Part shown: positions 1 through 9,923 of the stretch, piece after piece
How the letters are laid out: the number at the start of each line of letters is the position of its first letter
Numbering within the stretch: the first letter of the stretch is position 1
From: an uncultured delta proteobacterium
GTDB taxonomy: Bacteria; Desulfobacterota; Binatia; Binatales; Binataceae
Assembly (NCBI GenBank): GCA_963794325.1
Contig: CAWCDG010000004.1
Coordinates: 832,001 to 896,000, forward strand
Length of the DNA: 64,000 bases
Direction: 5' to 3'
Position numbers and translations under genes: made by a program
Notes under the pieces: model-generated
What the model saw: only the letters and a program-made list of their open reading frames with translations
The model's database searches: none
What the model was told of the DNA's origin: nothing

Positions 1-35
1 TTATTTGACCTTTATGCCGCGGAGTGATTACTTCA

Positions 36-1352
36 ATGAAAATACATTTCGTCGGACACGCCTGCATCGTCGCCGAATGCGCAGACACCTCGATCCTCAT
101 GGACCCGTGGCTGTTCGGGAAAATTTTCAACGACTCGTGGAGTCTGCTGCCGGAGCCGAAGTTCGATCCTGCGATGCTCGATAAGGTCGATTACCTCTGG
201 CTTTCACACGAGCATCCTGACCATTGCCACTTTCCGAGCCTCGACTCGTTTCCGGCGGCGTTCAAAGCGCGCGTGACGGTCCTCTTTCAGGACCGCGATT
301 ACGCAAAAGTCTTCGGGGCGCTTCGCAAGCTTGGTTATCAGCGATTCAAGCGGTTACCGCATCGCGTAGCCGTGCCGCTGTCCGACAAGCCCGATGCGAC
401 GAAGGTCTATTGCTACCATGCCGGCCTGATGGACTCGGCGCTGGCCGTGCTCGGTCAATGGCAGGTCATATTTAACGCGAACGACTCGCGCATCAGCGTC
501 GGGGAATGCAAGGGGATTCTCGCGGACATCGGGCACGTCGACGTGCTGCTGAACCAGTTCTCGCTGGCCGCTTACGGCGGCTTCGAGCCGCACGAAAAAT
601 ATTTGCCGCAACGAGCGAAGCAGATTCTCGAGAATGTCTCGTCAGTGCATCGCGCGTTGGATGCGAAGGTCACGATCCCGTTCGCGAGCTTCATCTACTT
701 TTCGAGCCTCGACAACAAGTACGTGAACAATTTTGTGAATTCCGCGCGCGATGCGTCCGATTATTTGAAAAGGCATGGCCAGCGCGCGGCGGTACTTTAT
801 CCGGGAGACAGCTACGAGGTCGGTGCCGAGCACAATTCAGCGGACGCGCTGGCGCGATTCGACCAACTGCCGGCGGTCGATACGCGTACGTACGATCCGA
901 TCGAAAGCGAAACGATGCCTGAAATTGTTGCCGCCTACGACAAGCTTGCGGCGCAGATGCGCGACAAGTACTCGATGGTGTTGCTGCGCATGCTCCATCG
1001 AGTGACCATCCGGATACCGGACCTCGACAAGACGGTTGCGTTCCGACTCGCGGCGGGGTCGCTCGAGGAAATCGACAACGCGACCGAACCCGACCTGGTG
1101 ATCAATTCTCAGCCGCTCTGGTTTGGATTCAAGTTCCCGTTCGGCTTCCAGACGCTGGGCGTATCGGCGCGGTTCAAGCTGCTGCGCAATTTCAGCAACT
1201 GGAAATTCCACCGCATCCTGTTTTCGCTCAACAACGGCGGAATCTACCTGCGCCCCCGGTATCTGCTGACGGCGGAAATGCTCGGCTACGTCCGCACCCG
1301 GCTCGGAGGCGGACTGCGGCAGTCAATTCACTATTATCGAACGTCGCTCTGA
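36..1352 (+). CDS. MBL-fold metallo-hydrolase (UlaG/CMP-Neu5Ac hydroxylase-like MBL domain)
   Basis: GHAC start, DPWL motif and HEHPDH metal-binding motif; ATG at 36 follows the TGA of an upstream gene end. Confidence 0.75.
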   Translation: MKIHFVGHACIVAECADTSILMDPWLFGKIFNDSWSLLPEPKFDPAMLDKVDYLWLSHEHPDHCHFPSLDSFPAAFKARVTVLFQDRDYAKVFGALRKLGYQRFKRLPHRVAVPLSDKPDATKVYCYHAGLMDSALAVLGQWQVIFNANDSRISVGECKGILADIGHVDVLLNQFSLAAYGGFEPHEKYLPQRAKQILENVSSVHRALDAKVTIPFASFIYFSSLDNKYVNNFVNSARDASDYLKRHGQRAAVLYPGDSYEVGAEHNSADALARFDQLPAVDTRTYDPIESETMPEIVAAYDKLAAQMRDKYSMVLLRMLHRVTIRIPDLDKTVAFRLAAGSLEEIDNATEPDLVINSQPLWFGFKFPFGFQTLGVSARFKLLRNFSNWKFHRILFSLNNGGIYLRPRYLLTAEMLGYVRTRLGGGLRQSIHYYRTSL

Positions 1353-1391
1353 CTATAGCTATTGACTACCGCAATCTCTCCGGAGTGACTA

Positions 1392-3587
1392 TTACTGTGC
1401 GGCCCCGATTGAGTATGCAAGCCCCACCCGGCTGGTCCCGTAAAAGTCGTCGACGACCGCCGTTATCGTGGTCCCGGCGCCCTTCAGCGGCGAGCCTGCC
1501 TGCAGATGGAAGTCCGCGCCGGCGCCGGTCGCGTCGCCGTAGTTGACGAACATCGGCGCGACGCTGATGTACGGTTCCACAGTCGGATAAGTACCCAAAC
1601 TGCCGCCGCCAGGCATGTAGAAATCGTTGTTCTCGAAAACCGGGCTGCCGCTCGGTACCACAGCATAGGAGTCGCCGCCGGCGCCAACATCGTAGTAGAT
1701 GTTGTTGATGAACTCGTCGGCGGGCGACCTCATGTCGATGAAGATGACCCCTTCTTGCAGGAGATGGTCCCAGGTGTTGTTGTAAACGTGCATCGCGCCG
1801 ACGTTGCTTCCCAGCTGTATTCCCTGCCGCATGTTCGAAAATTCGTTGTTCTGGAAGGTTACCGTTCCGATCAGCCCGTCGACGCCCTCGATCATCGCCG
1901 TCTCCGCATCCACCGCGGTTGATGCGAGCGGCCAGCGGCAGACGTTTTTCTCGATCAGGATGTCGTCCACTTCCATCGCGGTGCTGCCCCAGGTCTGGAA
2001 GCAATCGGTATGCGGATTGGGATTGGCCGGCAACACGGTGGCGATGTCGTGCGCGTAGTTCGATCGGAACACGTTATGCTGCCCGAAGAAGCGGAACGCG
2101 TCCGCATCGGCGCCGCCGGTCGTCGTGCATCCTGAATAAATTCCGCCCGCATCGACCGGATACTGCTGCGTGCCCCAGACCTCGTTGCCCTGGACGAGAT
2201 CGTGCATGCCGTCGACCTGCACACCCGCCATCTCGTTCTGCCAGAACCGGTTGTTCAGCACCGTGATGTACGAGACCCCTGACTCCATGAAAATCCCTTC
2301 GTGGCAAAGTTCATGAATGTAACTGTTCTGGATCGTGTCGTGTGCGGCCGAACCGGATACGTGGATCCCGTAACCCTGGCTGCCGTTGATTTGGGTCGAG
2401 ATGTCGAATCCGCTCAGCACCCAGTTGCTGCCCGTCAGGTCGAAGCCCAGCAGCTTGACAACGGCGCCGCTGGCGACCTGCAAAGCGATTGGAGCGGCCA
2501 GCGTCCCCGAGTTCGAGATCGAGACCCGCTCGCCGTAGTTGCCCGCCGAAACGATCGCAGTCTGCCCGGCTTTCAGCGTGCTGGCCGCTTTCTGAATCGT
2601 CCGCCACGGCGCGCCGGAACTGCCCGCGGCAGAGTCGCTGCCGGTCGGCGATACGTAGAAGGTCGATCCACTCGGGGTCGAAGTCGAGGTCGGAGTTGGA
2701 GTCGAAGCCAAGGTCGGCGTCGGCGTCGCAGTGGGTTTGGCGGTGGAGGTCGTCGAACCCGTCGGCGTCGCAGTGGGCTGGCCTGTGGGCGTCGATGAAG
2801 CCGTCGCAGTTGCAGTCGCCTTCGCCGTCGATGTAACCGTCGAAGTCGGAGTTGCGGTAACCGTTGACGTCGCGGCGGAATTGCTGACGGTCAAGCTGAC
2901 GGTCGAGCTGCCGATCGACGTCGTCCCGTTGTACGCATAGCCGTCGACGCGCAAATTGTGCGAGCCGTTGGCAACCGTGGTCGTATCCCACGGCAGATTG
3001 TTGTAGCCGTCAGTGATCGCCGCGCCATCCACGGACAAGTGCGTCCACCAGACCGCATTCGGATTGGTGGTTGAAGGCGGAGTCGAGAAAGACAGCGCTA
3101 CGGTAATCGTTCCGCTCATCTTCTGCCCGTTAACCGGCGAGACGAACGAAACCACCGGACCGGACGTCGGGGTGGCAGTAGGAGTAGGCTGACGTTTGCG
3201 GTTCGCAACTCTAACCGTCTCAGTAACCGTGTGCAGGAGTTGGTTGGATGACGAATAGGCTTGGGCCGCAAGGGTATGCGCCCCGTTCGAAACCGCCGTG
3301 GAATCCCACACGTAGCTGGTGGACGAAGATGACGCCATCAGGTTGCCGTCGAGCAGGAACGCCACGCGAGCGACGGCCGGCTTGATCTTCACCGACGTCG
3401 TCACCGAGTTGGAGACGGTCGCATCCGGCGCCGGCGAGGCGATCTTGATAGGACTTGCCGCGCGTGCCTGGCCTTGGCCGAGCAGCGCAAGAATCAAACC
3501 AACTACAACGACGAACGCGAGCCGGCACAGGCCCGACGCCGCCCACCTTGCAATAGCAACCAACTGCCATCGCGATCGATCTACCAT
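1392..3587 (-). CDS. Secreted protein: two Ig-like (Big) domains, Thr/Pro/Ser linker, right-handed parallel beta-helix (DUF1565/pectin-lyase-like) domain
   Basis: Signal peptide ending ARA-A; WDSTAVSNGAHTL and WDTTTVANGSHNL Big-domain motifs; PTATPT repeats; FYVSPTGSD...PWRTIQKA DUF1565 start; DFHLQAGSP...IGA C-terminus. Confidence 0.8.
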   Translation of the reverse strand: MVDRSRWQLVAIARWAASGLCRLAFVVVVGLILALLGQGQARAASPIKIASPAPDATVSNSVTTSVKIKPAVARVAFLLDGNLMASSSSTSYVWDSTAVSNGAHTLAAQAYSSSNQLLHTVTETVRVANRKRQPTPTATPTSGPVVSFVSPVNGQKMSGTITVALSFSTPPSTTNPNAVWWTHLSVDGAAITDGYNNLPWDTTTVANGSHNLRVDGYAYNGTTSIGSSTVSLTVSNSAATSTVTATPTSTVTSTAKATATATASSTPTGQPTATPTGSTTSTAKPTATPTPTLASTPTPTSTSTPSGSTFYVSPTGSDSAAGSSGAPWRTIQKAASTLKAGQTAIVSAGNYGERVSISNSGTLAAPIALQVASGAVVKLLGFDLTGSNWVLSGFDISTQINGSQGYGIHVSGSAAHDTIQNSYIHELCHEGIFMESGVSYITVLNNRFWQNEMAGVQVDGMHDLVQGNEVWGTQQYPVDAGGIYSGCTTTGGADADAFRFFGQHNVFRSNYAHDIATVLPANPNPHTDCFQTWGSTAMEVDDILIEKNVCRWPLASTAVDAETAMIEGVDGLIGTVTFQNNEFSNMRQGIQLGSNVGAMHVYNNTWDHLLQEGVIFIDMRSPADEFINNIYYDVGAGGDSYAVVPSGSPVFENNDFYMPGGGSLGTYPTVEPYISVAPMFVNYGDATGAGADFHLQAGSPLKGAGTTITAVVDDFYGTSRVGLAYSIGAAQ

Positions 3588-3866
3588 ACAGAAAGCTCCC
3601 CCGTCCGACTACGAGACCGCTGGCTTTGCGCAACGTGCTCAGGACGGAAATTCTGTCGTTCGATTTTCTCGACGAAAAGTCTTGTGTAGAAGAGCTATAC
3701 GGAGAGCGCGGGCGATTTCAATTCATTCACGATAGAAAAGTGGAAAAGTGTCGCGGGGTTGACACTGAAAAAAACGGTTGGATCGCCGATCGCGCTACTC
3801 ACGAACAAGCAAAACACAACGTAGGTGAATTTCTAACAAAGCAGAGTGCGGTGGCTCAGTGGTCGC

Positions 3867-4130
3867 TCACGGGGTCGGCTGAAACTGCATTTGTGCGGCG
3901 TTCGGAAAGTCCCTGTAGCCGGGATCGATAAAGTTCGTGGCGCCGCCGCGCACGAAGCCCAGCTGCACGCCCAGCAGGTCCGCGCGATTGTCCAGATCGG
4001 GATAATGCACACTCTGTTGTCGCTGCTCCTCGTTCGCCTCCAGGGGTTTTGGGCCGAAGACGTACTGCCCTGCCAGCGCGATCGCAGCGACAGCGCAAAT
4101 GGCAACGGTGATTCTGAGTAGTACTTTCAA
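3867..4130 (-). CDS. Small hypothetical exported/membrane-anchored protein (87 aa)
   Basis: TTG start with GAGG upstream; N-terminal hydrophobic helix; lies downstream of the Crp gene on the same strand. Confidence 0.55.
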   Translation of the reverse strand: MKVLLRITVAICAVAAIALAGQYVFGPKPLEANEEQRQQSVHYPDLDNRADLLGVQLGFVRGGATNFIDPGYRDFPNAAQMQFQPTP

Positions 4131-4188
4131 ATTTTTTCCTCATTCCGAGCGCCGCGCGCCTTGGCCGGCCTGCTCGTAGAGACAGTTG

Positions 4189-5025
4189 TCATGGATGCAT
4201 GTGTTCGCGCCGGGTAAGCGCGGAGCCGTTGTGCGATCCGCTGGCCCGATGCGCAATTGGAGCCGCATGCTGACAGAGCGCCGGATCGTTCATCAGCGCG
4301 ACGAGCTTTTCGGGAACCAGCACGATCTGCCGGCCCAGATTTATCACCGCTCCCAATCGTACGAGCTCGCCCCAATATTCATTTATCTTCTGCCGCGATG
4401 CGCCCAGCAACTCGGCCAAATCATTCTGAGTCATCGGCAGATTCAAGATCAGTCCTCTCGAGTCACGGACTCCAAACTTGTCGCCGATTTCGATCAGCGC
4501 GATCACCAGCCGCTCGCGCGGCGACATGCGGAACATTTTTATGTATCGCATCAGCGTTTCGGCCGACCAGCCAACCGTCATTTCCGTCGCGGATTTGAAC
4601 GCCCGCAATTCAACGCCCAGCAGTATGTCCAGCAGCCTGGTCGAATCGATCTTGGCCATCAGGCTGTTCGCAAATGCGTATCCATTGAGACCCTGCGCCG
4701 TTTTGGGCAGCAACGAAGGGACGCCAAATATTTCTCCCGGCGCCAGCAGAGCGACCAGCACCTGGTGGCGGCTGTCATGCTGCCGCGTAATTGCGATCGC
4801 TCCCTTCAAAACCAGGAAGACGTCACCCGCTGAATGAGGTTCGACCAGGACCCGATCGCCTCGTTTGAAGCGCACCAGTGACATCTCTCTCACCAGCCGT
4901 TCGAGCTTGTCCGGCTTAAGCGTCGGAAAGTGTTTCACCAGCGTTTGAACGTCGAGTGGTTTTTCCGTCGACCCATTTAACAATGGGTGTGAAATTCGAG
5001 TCGCGGGACGCTTGGAGTGCTTCAT
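4189..5025 (-). CDS. Crp/Fnr family transcriptional regulator
   Basis: cNMP-binding domain (LAPGEIFG) plus Crp HTH LPMTQNDLAELLGASRQKIN. Confidence 0.9.
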   Translation of the reverse strand: MKHSKRPATRISHPLLNGSTEKPLDVQTLVKHFPTLKPDKLERLVREMSLVRFKRGDRVLVEPHSAGDVFLVLKGAIAITRQHDSRHQVLVALLAPGEIFGVPSLLPKTAQGLNGYAFANSLMAKIDSTRLLDILLGVELRAFKSATEMTVGWSAETLMRYIKMFRMSPRERLVIALIEIGDKFGVRDSRGLILNLPMTQNDLAELLGASRQKINEYWGELVRLGAVINLGRQIVLVPEKLVALMNDPALCQHAAPIAHRASGSHNGSALTRREHMHP

Positions 5026-5193
5026 GTTGGTTTCGGAAACTCTTTGCTTGCAGACACCTTAGCATGGCAATTCTATTGTTGTCTATATTTCTTACTCTTT
5101 TATATTCTTTAAATGATATTGATTTGCTTTAAATGGCCTTATCAGATACACTAATCGCATCACCAAGAGTTCGTTTTCTCGGGGAAAACTCAA

Positions 5194-5913
5194 ATGATAT
5201 CGGCAAATACCTTTAATCGTTATTACTCGGATCAGACTCGCGACGGCGCCGTAGCCTTTTATGGCTGGGTCCGAAAAGAGACCACGCCTCAAACAGTCCT
5301 GCTCAATCTGGGCGCTGGTCCACCCGCAGACCGCGGCTCGATTCGGGTCTTCAAGGGCGAAGTTGCGCGAGTGGTCGGCGCCGACATCGATCCGGAGGTG
5401 CTGGACAATCCCGAGCTGGACGAGGCGCACGTAATTAACTCCGACAACAGCCTGCCGTTCGAGGACAATACGTTTGACGCCGTGTTATCAGACTGGGTCC
5501 TCGAGCACGTCTCTGCGCCGGATCAGTTCCTGCGCGAGGTGCATCGAGTACTGAAAAAAGGCGGCGTGTTTCTTTTTCGTACGCCGAATTCGTGGCACTA
5601 CGTTGCGATCATCGCGAAAATCACGCCGCAGTGGATTCATCACGTGATTGCGAATTGGGCGCGTGGATATCCTGTCGGAACGCACGAGCCGTGGCCGACC
5701 TACTATCGCCTCAATTCCCGCAAGACGGTTTATGCCGAAGGACAGAAGGCGGGCTTCGACCGGATCGAACTGCGGATGTGGGAGCCCGAGCCGCGCTACC
5801 TGGTATTTCACATGCTGCCGTTCCTCATCGGCGTCGGCTACGAACGAATCGTCAATCGATATCGGATGTTCGAAGGACTGCGCGCAGGTATTTTCGGACG
5901 CATGGTGAAGTAG
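5194..5913 (+). CDS. Class I SAM-dependent methyltransferase
   Basis: LLNLGAG motif I, GADID, LPFEDNTFDAV, VLEHV, RVLKKGG. Confidence 0.9.
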   Translation: MISANTFNRYYSDQTRDGAVAFYGWVRKETTPQTVLLNLGAGPPADRGSIRVFKGEVARVVGADIDPEVLDNPELDEAHVINSDNSLPFEDNTFDAVLSDWVLEHVSAPDQFLREVHRVLKKGGVFLFRTPNSWHYVAIIAKITPQWIHHVIANWARGYPVGTHEPWPTYYRLNSRKTVYAEGQKAGFDRIELRMWEPEPRYLVFHMLPFLIGVGYERIVNRYRMFEGLRAGIFGRMVK

Positions 5914-5961
5914 GCGAGTAGGCGGGGGCTTCCCGACCAGCGAACAGCGATTTCTACGCTG

Positions 5962-6828
5962 TCAGTCTCCGGCCAGGTCGAACGCCTTCGAAGCTCTGCG
6001 CCAGAAAAGATTTTCCGGATCGATTCTCGTGCGCCAGTTCGTCACCGCTTTCCCTATCGACAGACCGGGCTTTATCAGCGGATTGAGCACCACCTGCTCT
6101 TTGAACGGATGGATGCCGAAACCCATGCTGGTCTTGAAATGATAGAGGCCTTCTTTCGCGGCGAGTGCGATTTGACCGTTCGAGATCCAGCCCACCTCAG
6201 GACGCGCCAGCGCCGTCTTCATGACCGTGAACAGCAGCGCGTTGTTTGAATAACTCTTGAGCTGCGCTGAAGAGCTTTTCTGCAGGTGGATGTAGTAGCA
6301 ATCCTCCCCCAGCATCGCGACGATAAAAGCGGCGAGCTCGCCGTCGACGAACGCACCCCACGCCTCCAGGTCAGGCCAGCGGCCAGCCAGATCGCAGAAA
6401 GATTTCCAATGCGCCTCGCTGCGATGCGGCTGCTTTCCGGTCTGTCGCACATTGGTTTCCGTGATGAGCGGGTAGGCCTTCACTGCGAGATCCTTGAAGT
6501 CCATCTGTTCGACGGTGCAGCGGGCAAGTCCACGCCGCGTATGACTGCGAGCGTTGGCCGAGAGCGTCGCGAAGTCGTAGTTCCGATCCGCGCAAACGTA
6601 AATTCCGCCGTCGGCAGTGGCTTCTGCGGGCGTGCCTGGATAGCGAACCGCCAACGCGGCGCCGCGAATCATCACCTTCGCGAGCTCGGACCTTGACGGA
6701 TCCACGTTCCGGTGAATCGGCAAATTTTTATACAGGAAACGCTGCGAGCTGTACCAGAAACAACTCTTGGTCTGGACGACTTGATGCCCCAGCGCGCGGA
6801 AGAACTCGGCCATTTGATTTTCACGCAT
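5962..6828 (-). CDS. GNAT/FemAB-like acyltransferase
   Basis: LSANARSHTRRG, WGAFVDGELAAF, SNNALLF, GLYHFKTSMGF pattern of FemAB/Acetyltransf_6 proteins. Confidence 0.65.
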   Translation of the reverse strand: MRENQMAEFFRALGHQVVQTKSCFWYSSQRFLYKNLPIHRNVDPSRSELAKVMIRGAALAVRYPGTPAEATADGGIYVCADRNYDFATLSANARSHTRRGLARCTVEQMDFKDLAVKAYPLITETNVRQTGKQPHRSEAHWKSFCDLAGRWPDLEAWGAFVDGELAAFIVAMLGEDCYYIHLQKSSSAQLKSYSNNALLFTVMKTALARPEVGWISNGQIALAAKEGLYHFKTSMGFGIHPFKEQVVLNPLIKPGLSIGKAVTNWRTRIDPENLFWRRASKAFDLAGD

Positions 6829-6855
6829 TTATTTTTTCTCTAGTCGTTCCGAATC

Positions 6856-7656
6856 TCACTTCCCGGACTTCGCAAACACCTTCGCGCTATGAGCGCGCAT
6901 CAGTAACGTTTCTCCATAGCCGGCGACGCGCTGGATTCGCTCTCCAATCGCCTCGATCGTGCGATGACGAATCGCGCCGGCGCGGCTCGCTTCGAGCATC
7001 CACTTGAAATCCTTCAGCGTGGTGCTTGCCATCGGACCCATCCGCGGCATCACACGATTCTCGCTATTGGCAATTCTGAAATCCGACGTCATCACGCGCA
7101 GATAGCCCGCCGTCCACGCGGCCTGCAGAACGGCGTCGTTGTAGTGCCCGCCGGGAAGCGCGAAAGCTGCGATCGGCTCCTGGAGCAGGTCTTCCAACCG
7201 CCGCTTCGATTCGAGCAGCTCGTTAGAGGCGTCGGCCGCGCTTATCTGGGTAAGCCGCGCGTGGGTCAGCCCGTGCGACCCGATCTCGAATCCATCGGCT
7301 CGCAGAGCAAGCACCTGATCGCGAGTGAGATAGCCCGGTTGCCCAAGATAGGACCATACGATGAAAAAGATCGCATGCAGATTTCGGCGCGCAAGCTCCG
7401 GCGCAGCCACAAACCAATCGCTCTCATGACCGTCGTCGAACGTGATCAACAGCGACTTCGGCTCAGCAGCGGGACCATCAAGGTCGTCGAGCGTGATAGT
7501 GCGATAACCGCCCTCGACGATCGCGTCCAGCTGAGCGAAAAAATTACGGTCTCTGACCGCGTGCTCGATGCTCGACGTGTGCGGCAGCGCGGCGCACGCG
7601 GCCGACGAGATCGCATGATACATCAGAATCGGAAGGTCGTTAGTCTTGTCATTCAT
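6856..7656 (-). CDS. Polysaccharide deacetylase (CE4/NodB)
   Basis: PILMYHAI, ITFDDG, IGSHGLTH, FALPGG motifs. Confidence 0.9.
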   Translation of the reverse strand: MNDKTNDLPILMYHAISSAACAALPHTSSIEHAVRDRNFFAQLDAIVEGGYRTITLDDLDGPAAEPKSLLITFDDGHESDWFVAAPELARRNLHAIFFIVWSYLGQPGYLTRDQVLALRADGFEIGSHGLTHARLTQISAADASNELLESKRRLEDLLQEPIAAFALPGGHYNDAVLQAAWTAGYLRVMTSDFRIANSENRVMPRMGPMASTTLKDFKWMLEASRAGAIRHRTIEAIGERIQRVAGYGETLLMRAHSAKVFAKSGK

Positions 7657-7657
7657 A

Positions 7658-9091
7658 TCAGGCCACCCGCCTGAGCAATGGAATCGTCGACGCCGAAATC
7701 GTCGGCTCCGGGACTGCCGCTGGACGCCGACGTAACCTCGCCAGCCGCTGCCTCTCCGCCAGTGCCCAACAGAGCGTCGCGATCATCCCGACCGCGTAGC
7801 GGCAGTCACCCGCCGTGCCTTCGGTAAAATCGAGCATCAATATCGGCACGACCACCAGGAAAAACAGCGGTTTCAAATTCCACGGATCATCCTTGCGTCT
7901 CATCAGCGAGAGCCACGGCCGGATGAAGAAAAACACCCAGAAGAGCAGCGCCGGAATACCGAGGCTGACCGCCTTCGACAGGTAGTCGCTGTGCAGGGAG
8001 CTGCGCGGCCCGTCCTCCCACGGTCCCCACCAAATCGGGAAATCGTGGGCCTTCATGATTTCGCCTTCGACCTCGAAGCCGTAGCCGATCAACGGACGCT
8101 GCTCGATTTTCGTGATCGCAAACTTCCAGATGTCGGTGCGGCCAGTCAGACTCGCAACGTCACCGCGATCGAGATACTCGGGATTCAGTTGGGCGACGAG
8201 AATGTACCCCACCACGCCCAGCGCAACTATGATCGGCACCGCCCGCAGGCGATATTTCCAAACCAGGTACAGCAGTCCACCGACCGCCAGACCGACAAAC
8301 GGCGATCGCGAATCCGCCAGCCCCGCAAGCACGACCGCTGCCAACATCTGCGCCGCCAGCAACACTCTCTTCCATCCAGTGATACGGCTCCAAATCACCA
8401 TCCCCACGCCAATCGTCGCGAGCGCGATCTCACCGATCTGGTTGGGGGAGCCGTAGATGCCGCGCAGGCGCACCAGGCCGGTCATCTCCTCGACGTCCCA
8501 CACCACGTCGTGCGACATGAGCACCGAGCTGACCAGGATCACGGCCCACACGATACCGGTCCCGACTAAGTACCAACTGAGTAGTCTTTCGATATCTTCG
8601 CGATTAGCTACTGCGCGGGCAATTTTAACTATTGCCATGAACATCAGAATTGCGGCCAATATCCTGGCGGTTGAGTAGCTCGGCAATAGCGAATACGAAA
8701 TGCTAACCACGCCGAATCCCAGGTAGATCAGGTAGTCAAGAAACCCGCCCTGTAAAATCTCCGAATTCTGGAACGCAGTCCAAACCGCGGCTCCGCAAAA
8801 TGCGATGAGCAACGGATAGCGAACCATGAAAAGCTGATCGTTGGTCAGCGGTAGAAAGCTTGCTCCGCTCAGCTCTTCGACCAGCAGCAACGCGCATAGC
8901 AAGTGTGCGCCGTTGCCTTGCACGCGCCGCGCCGCCCAAACGATCGCTACTGCGCCTGCGGCGGCGCCGACGCCTAAGATCAGAATTGGAAAATTGAGCA
9001 TCAGCAAAGCCAGCAGGCCGATCGCCGCTACGCCAATCAGCATCGCTGCGGCGGGCGGCCTGTATGCTCTCGATTGCTGTACAAGTTCCAT
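7658..9091 (-). CDS. O-antigen ligase family / Wzy polymerase
   Basis: Multiple TM helices; GIYGSPN, DSRS, LTGRTDIW, PLIGYG, LHSDYL motifs. Confidence 0.85.
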   Translation of the reverse strand: MELVQQSRAYRPPAAAMLIGVAAIGLLALLMLNFPILILGVGAAAGAVAIVWAARRVQGNGAHLLCALLLVEELSGASFLPLTNDQLFMVRYPLLIAFCGAAVWTAFQNSEILQGGFLDYLIYLGFGVVSISYSLLPSYSTARILAAILMFMAIVKIARAVANREDIERLLSWYLVGTGIVWAVILVSSVLMSHDVVWDVEEMTGLVRLRGIYGSPNQIGEIALATIGVGMVIWSRITGWKRVLLAAQMLAAVVLAGLADSRSPFVGLAVGGLLYLVWKYRLRAVPIIVALGVVGYILVAQLNPEYLDRGDVASLTGRTDIWKFAITKIEQRPLIGYGFEVEGEIMKAHDFPIWWGPWEDGPRSSLHSDYLSKAVSLGIPALLFWVFFFIRPWLSLMRRKDDPWNLKPLFFLVVVPILMLDFTEGTAGDCRYAVGMIATLCWALAERQRLARLRRRPAAVPEPTISASTIPLLRRVA

Positions 9092-9110
9092 AGTGACTTC
9101 TCTCGGACAG

Positions 9111-9923
9111 TTAGCGGCGCATCGCCGCCTGCGATGGTGCTTTGCTTTTCGCTATGACCGGGTTCAACTTCGGGTCGGGGCTCAGCGCCATTCTCGCTTC
9201 GTTGGACAGTTCTTCGACCCGGCGCCGGTTGGATTCGAGCACCGCCTCCAGCATCGGCGACGACGCTATCGTCCGCATCAGATCGATATTTGGAATGACG
9301 CAGTGCCCGCCGATGAAGCCGGGGAAGTATTTCGTGTTCGGCAGGAAATCGACTTCCTCGAAAAAATCCAGCGCCTCTGCATAATCGCCATCGACCCGGT
9401 TCGCGTACCGATTGAGTTCCTGGGCGAAGGCGATTAATACCCCGAAGTAAGTAGTCTCTCCCAGTTTCGCCAATTCGAGAGTTTCCAACTTACTAATGCA
9501 CTGAGTAGTCATTCCGGCAGCACGGAAGTGTTCAGCGGCTCGGGTTGCGGCGTTATCGTCGCTGCCCGCGACGAACTTGCGATAACGGAGCAGGTCCTCC
9601 GCCATCCGGACGTGCTTGCCGCGCACCGGGCTGTAGGCAATCGGGGTCTTGGCCCGCTCGGCTATCGCACGGCTGGTCCCCGGGACGACGGTACTGTTGA
9701 TGATCGTCAGTTCCGGCTTGAATCGCTGGATGTAAGAAAGCGCGCTTGCTTCAAAATCAGCCTGCCGCGTGAACGGGATGCATATATGCATCACGCCGAT
9801 CGGCTCGTCGAACTCGCATCTTTCGATATCGTGCTCGAGCACGCGACCGGTGCGCCTCAGCACTTGCGACAGGGCGCTGCCAACTTCTCCGAGGCCTACA
9901 ACTAACGTATTTGCGTTGCGCAC
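9111..9923 (-). CDS. UDP-glucose/GDP-mannose dehydrogenase family protein, short form (270 aa)
   Basis: GLGEVG Rossmann motif, NSTVVPGT, ELAKL, PGFIGGHCV catalytic Cys. Confidence 0.8.
   Translation of the reverse strand: MRNANTLVVGLGEVGSALSQVLRRTGRVLEHDIERCEFDEPIGVMHICIPFTRQADFEASALSYIQRFKPELTIINSTVVPGTSRAIAERAKTPIAYSPVRGKHVRMAEDLLRYRKFVAGSDDNAATRAAEHFRAAGMTTQCISKLETLELAKLGETTYFGVLIAFAQELNRYANRVDGDYAEALDFFEEVDFLPNTKYFPGFIGGHCVIPNIDLMRTIASSPMLEAVLESNRRRVEELSNEARMALSPDPKLNPVIAKSKAPSQAAMRR

Noticed and set aside
2670-2880. Repetitive DNA resembling an array
   Set aside because: Explained by the Thr/Pro linker codons; no repeat-spacer structure. No CRISPR array, tRNA or rRNA was found in the window.
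5026-5193. Crp/Fnr or sigma54 sites in the AT-rich spacer
   Set aside because: Only partial matches (TTGAT-N4-TTTAA; TGGCAA-N5-TTGT lacking the -12 GC).
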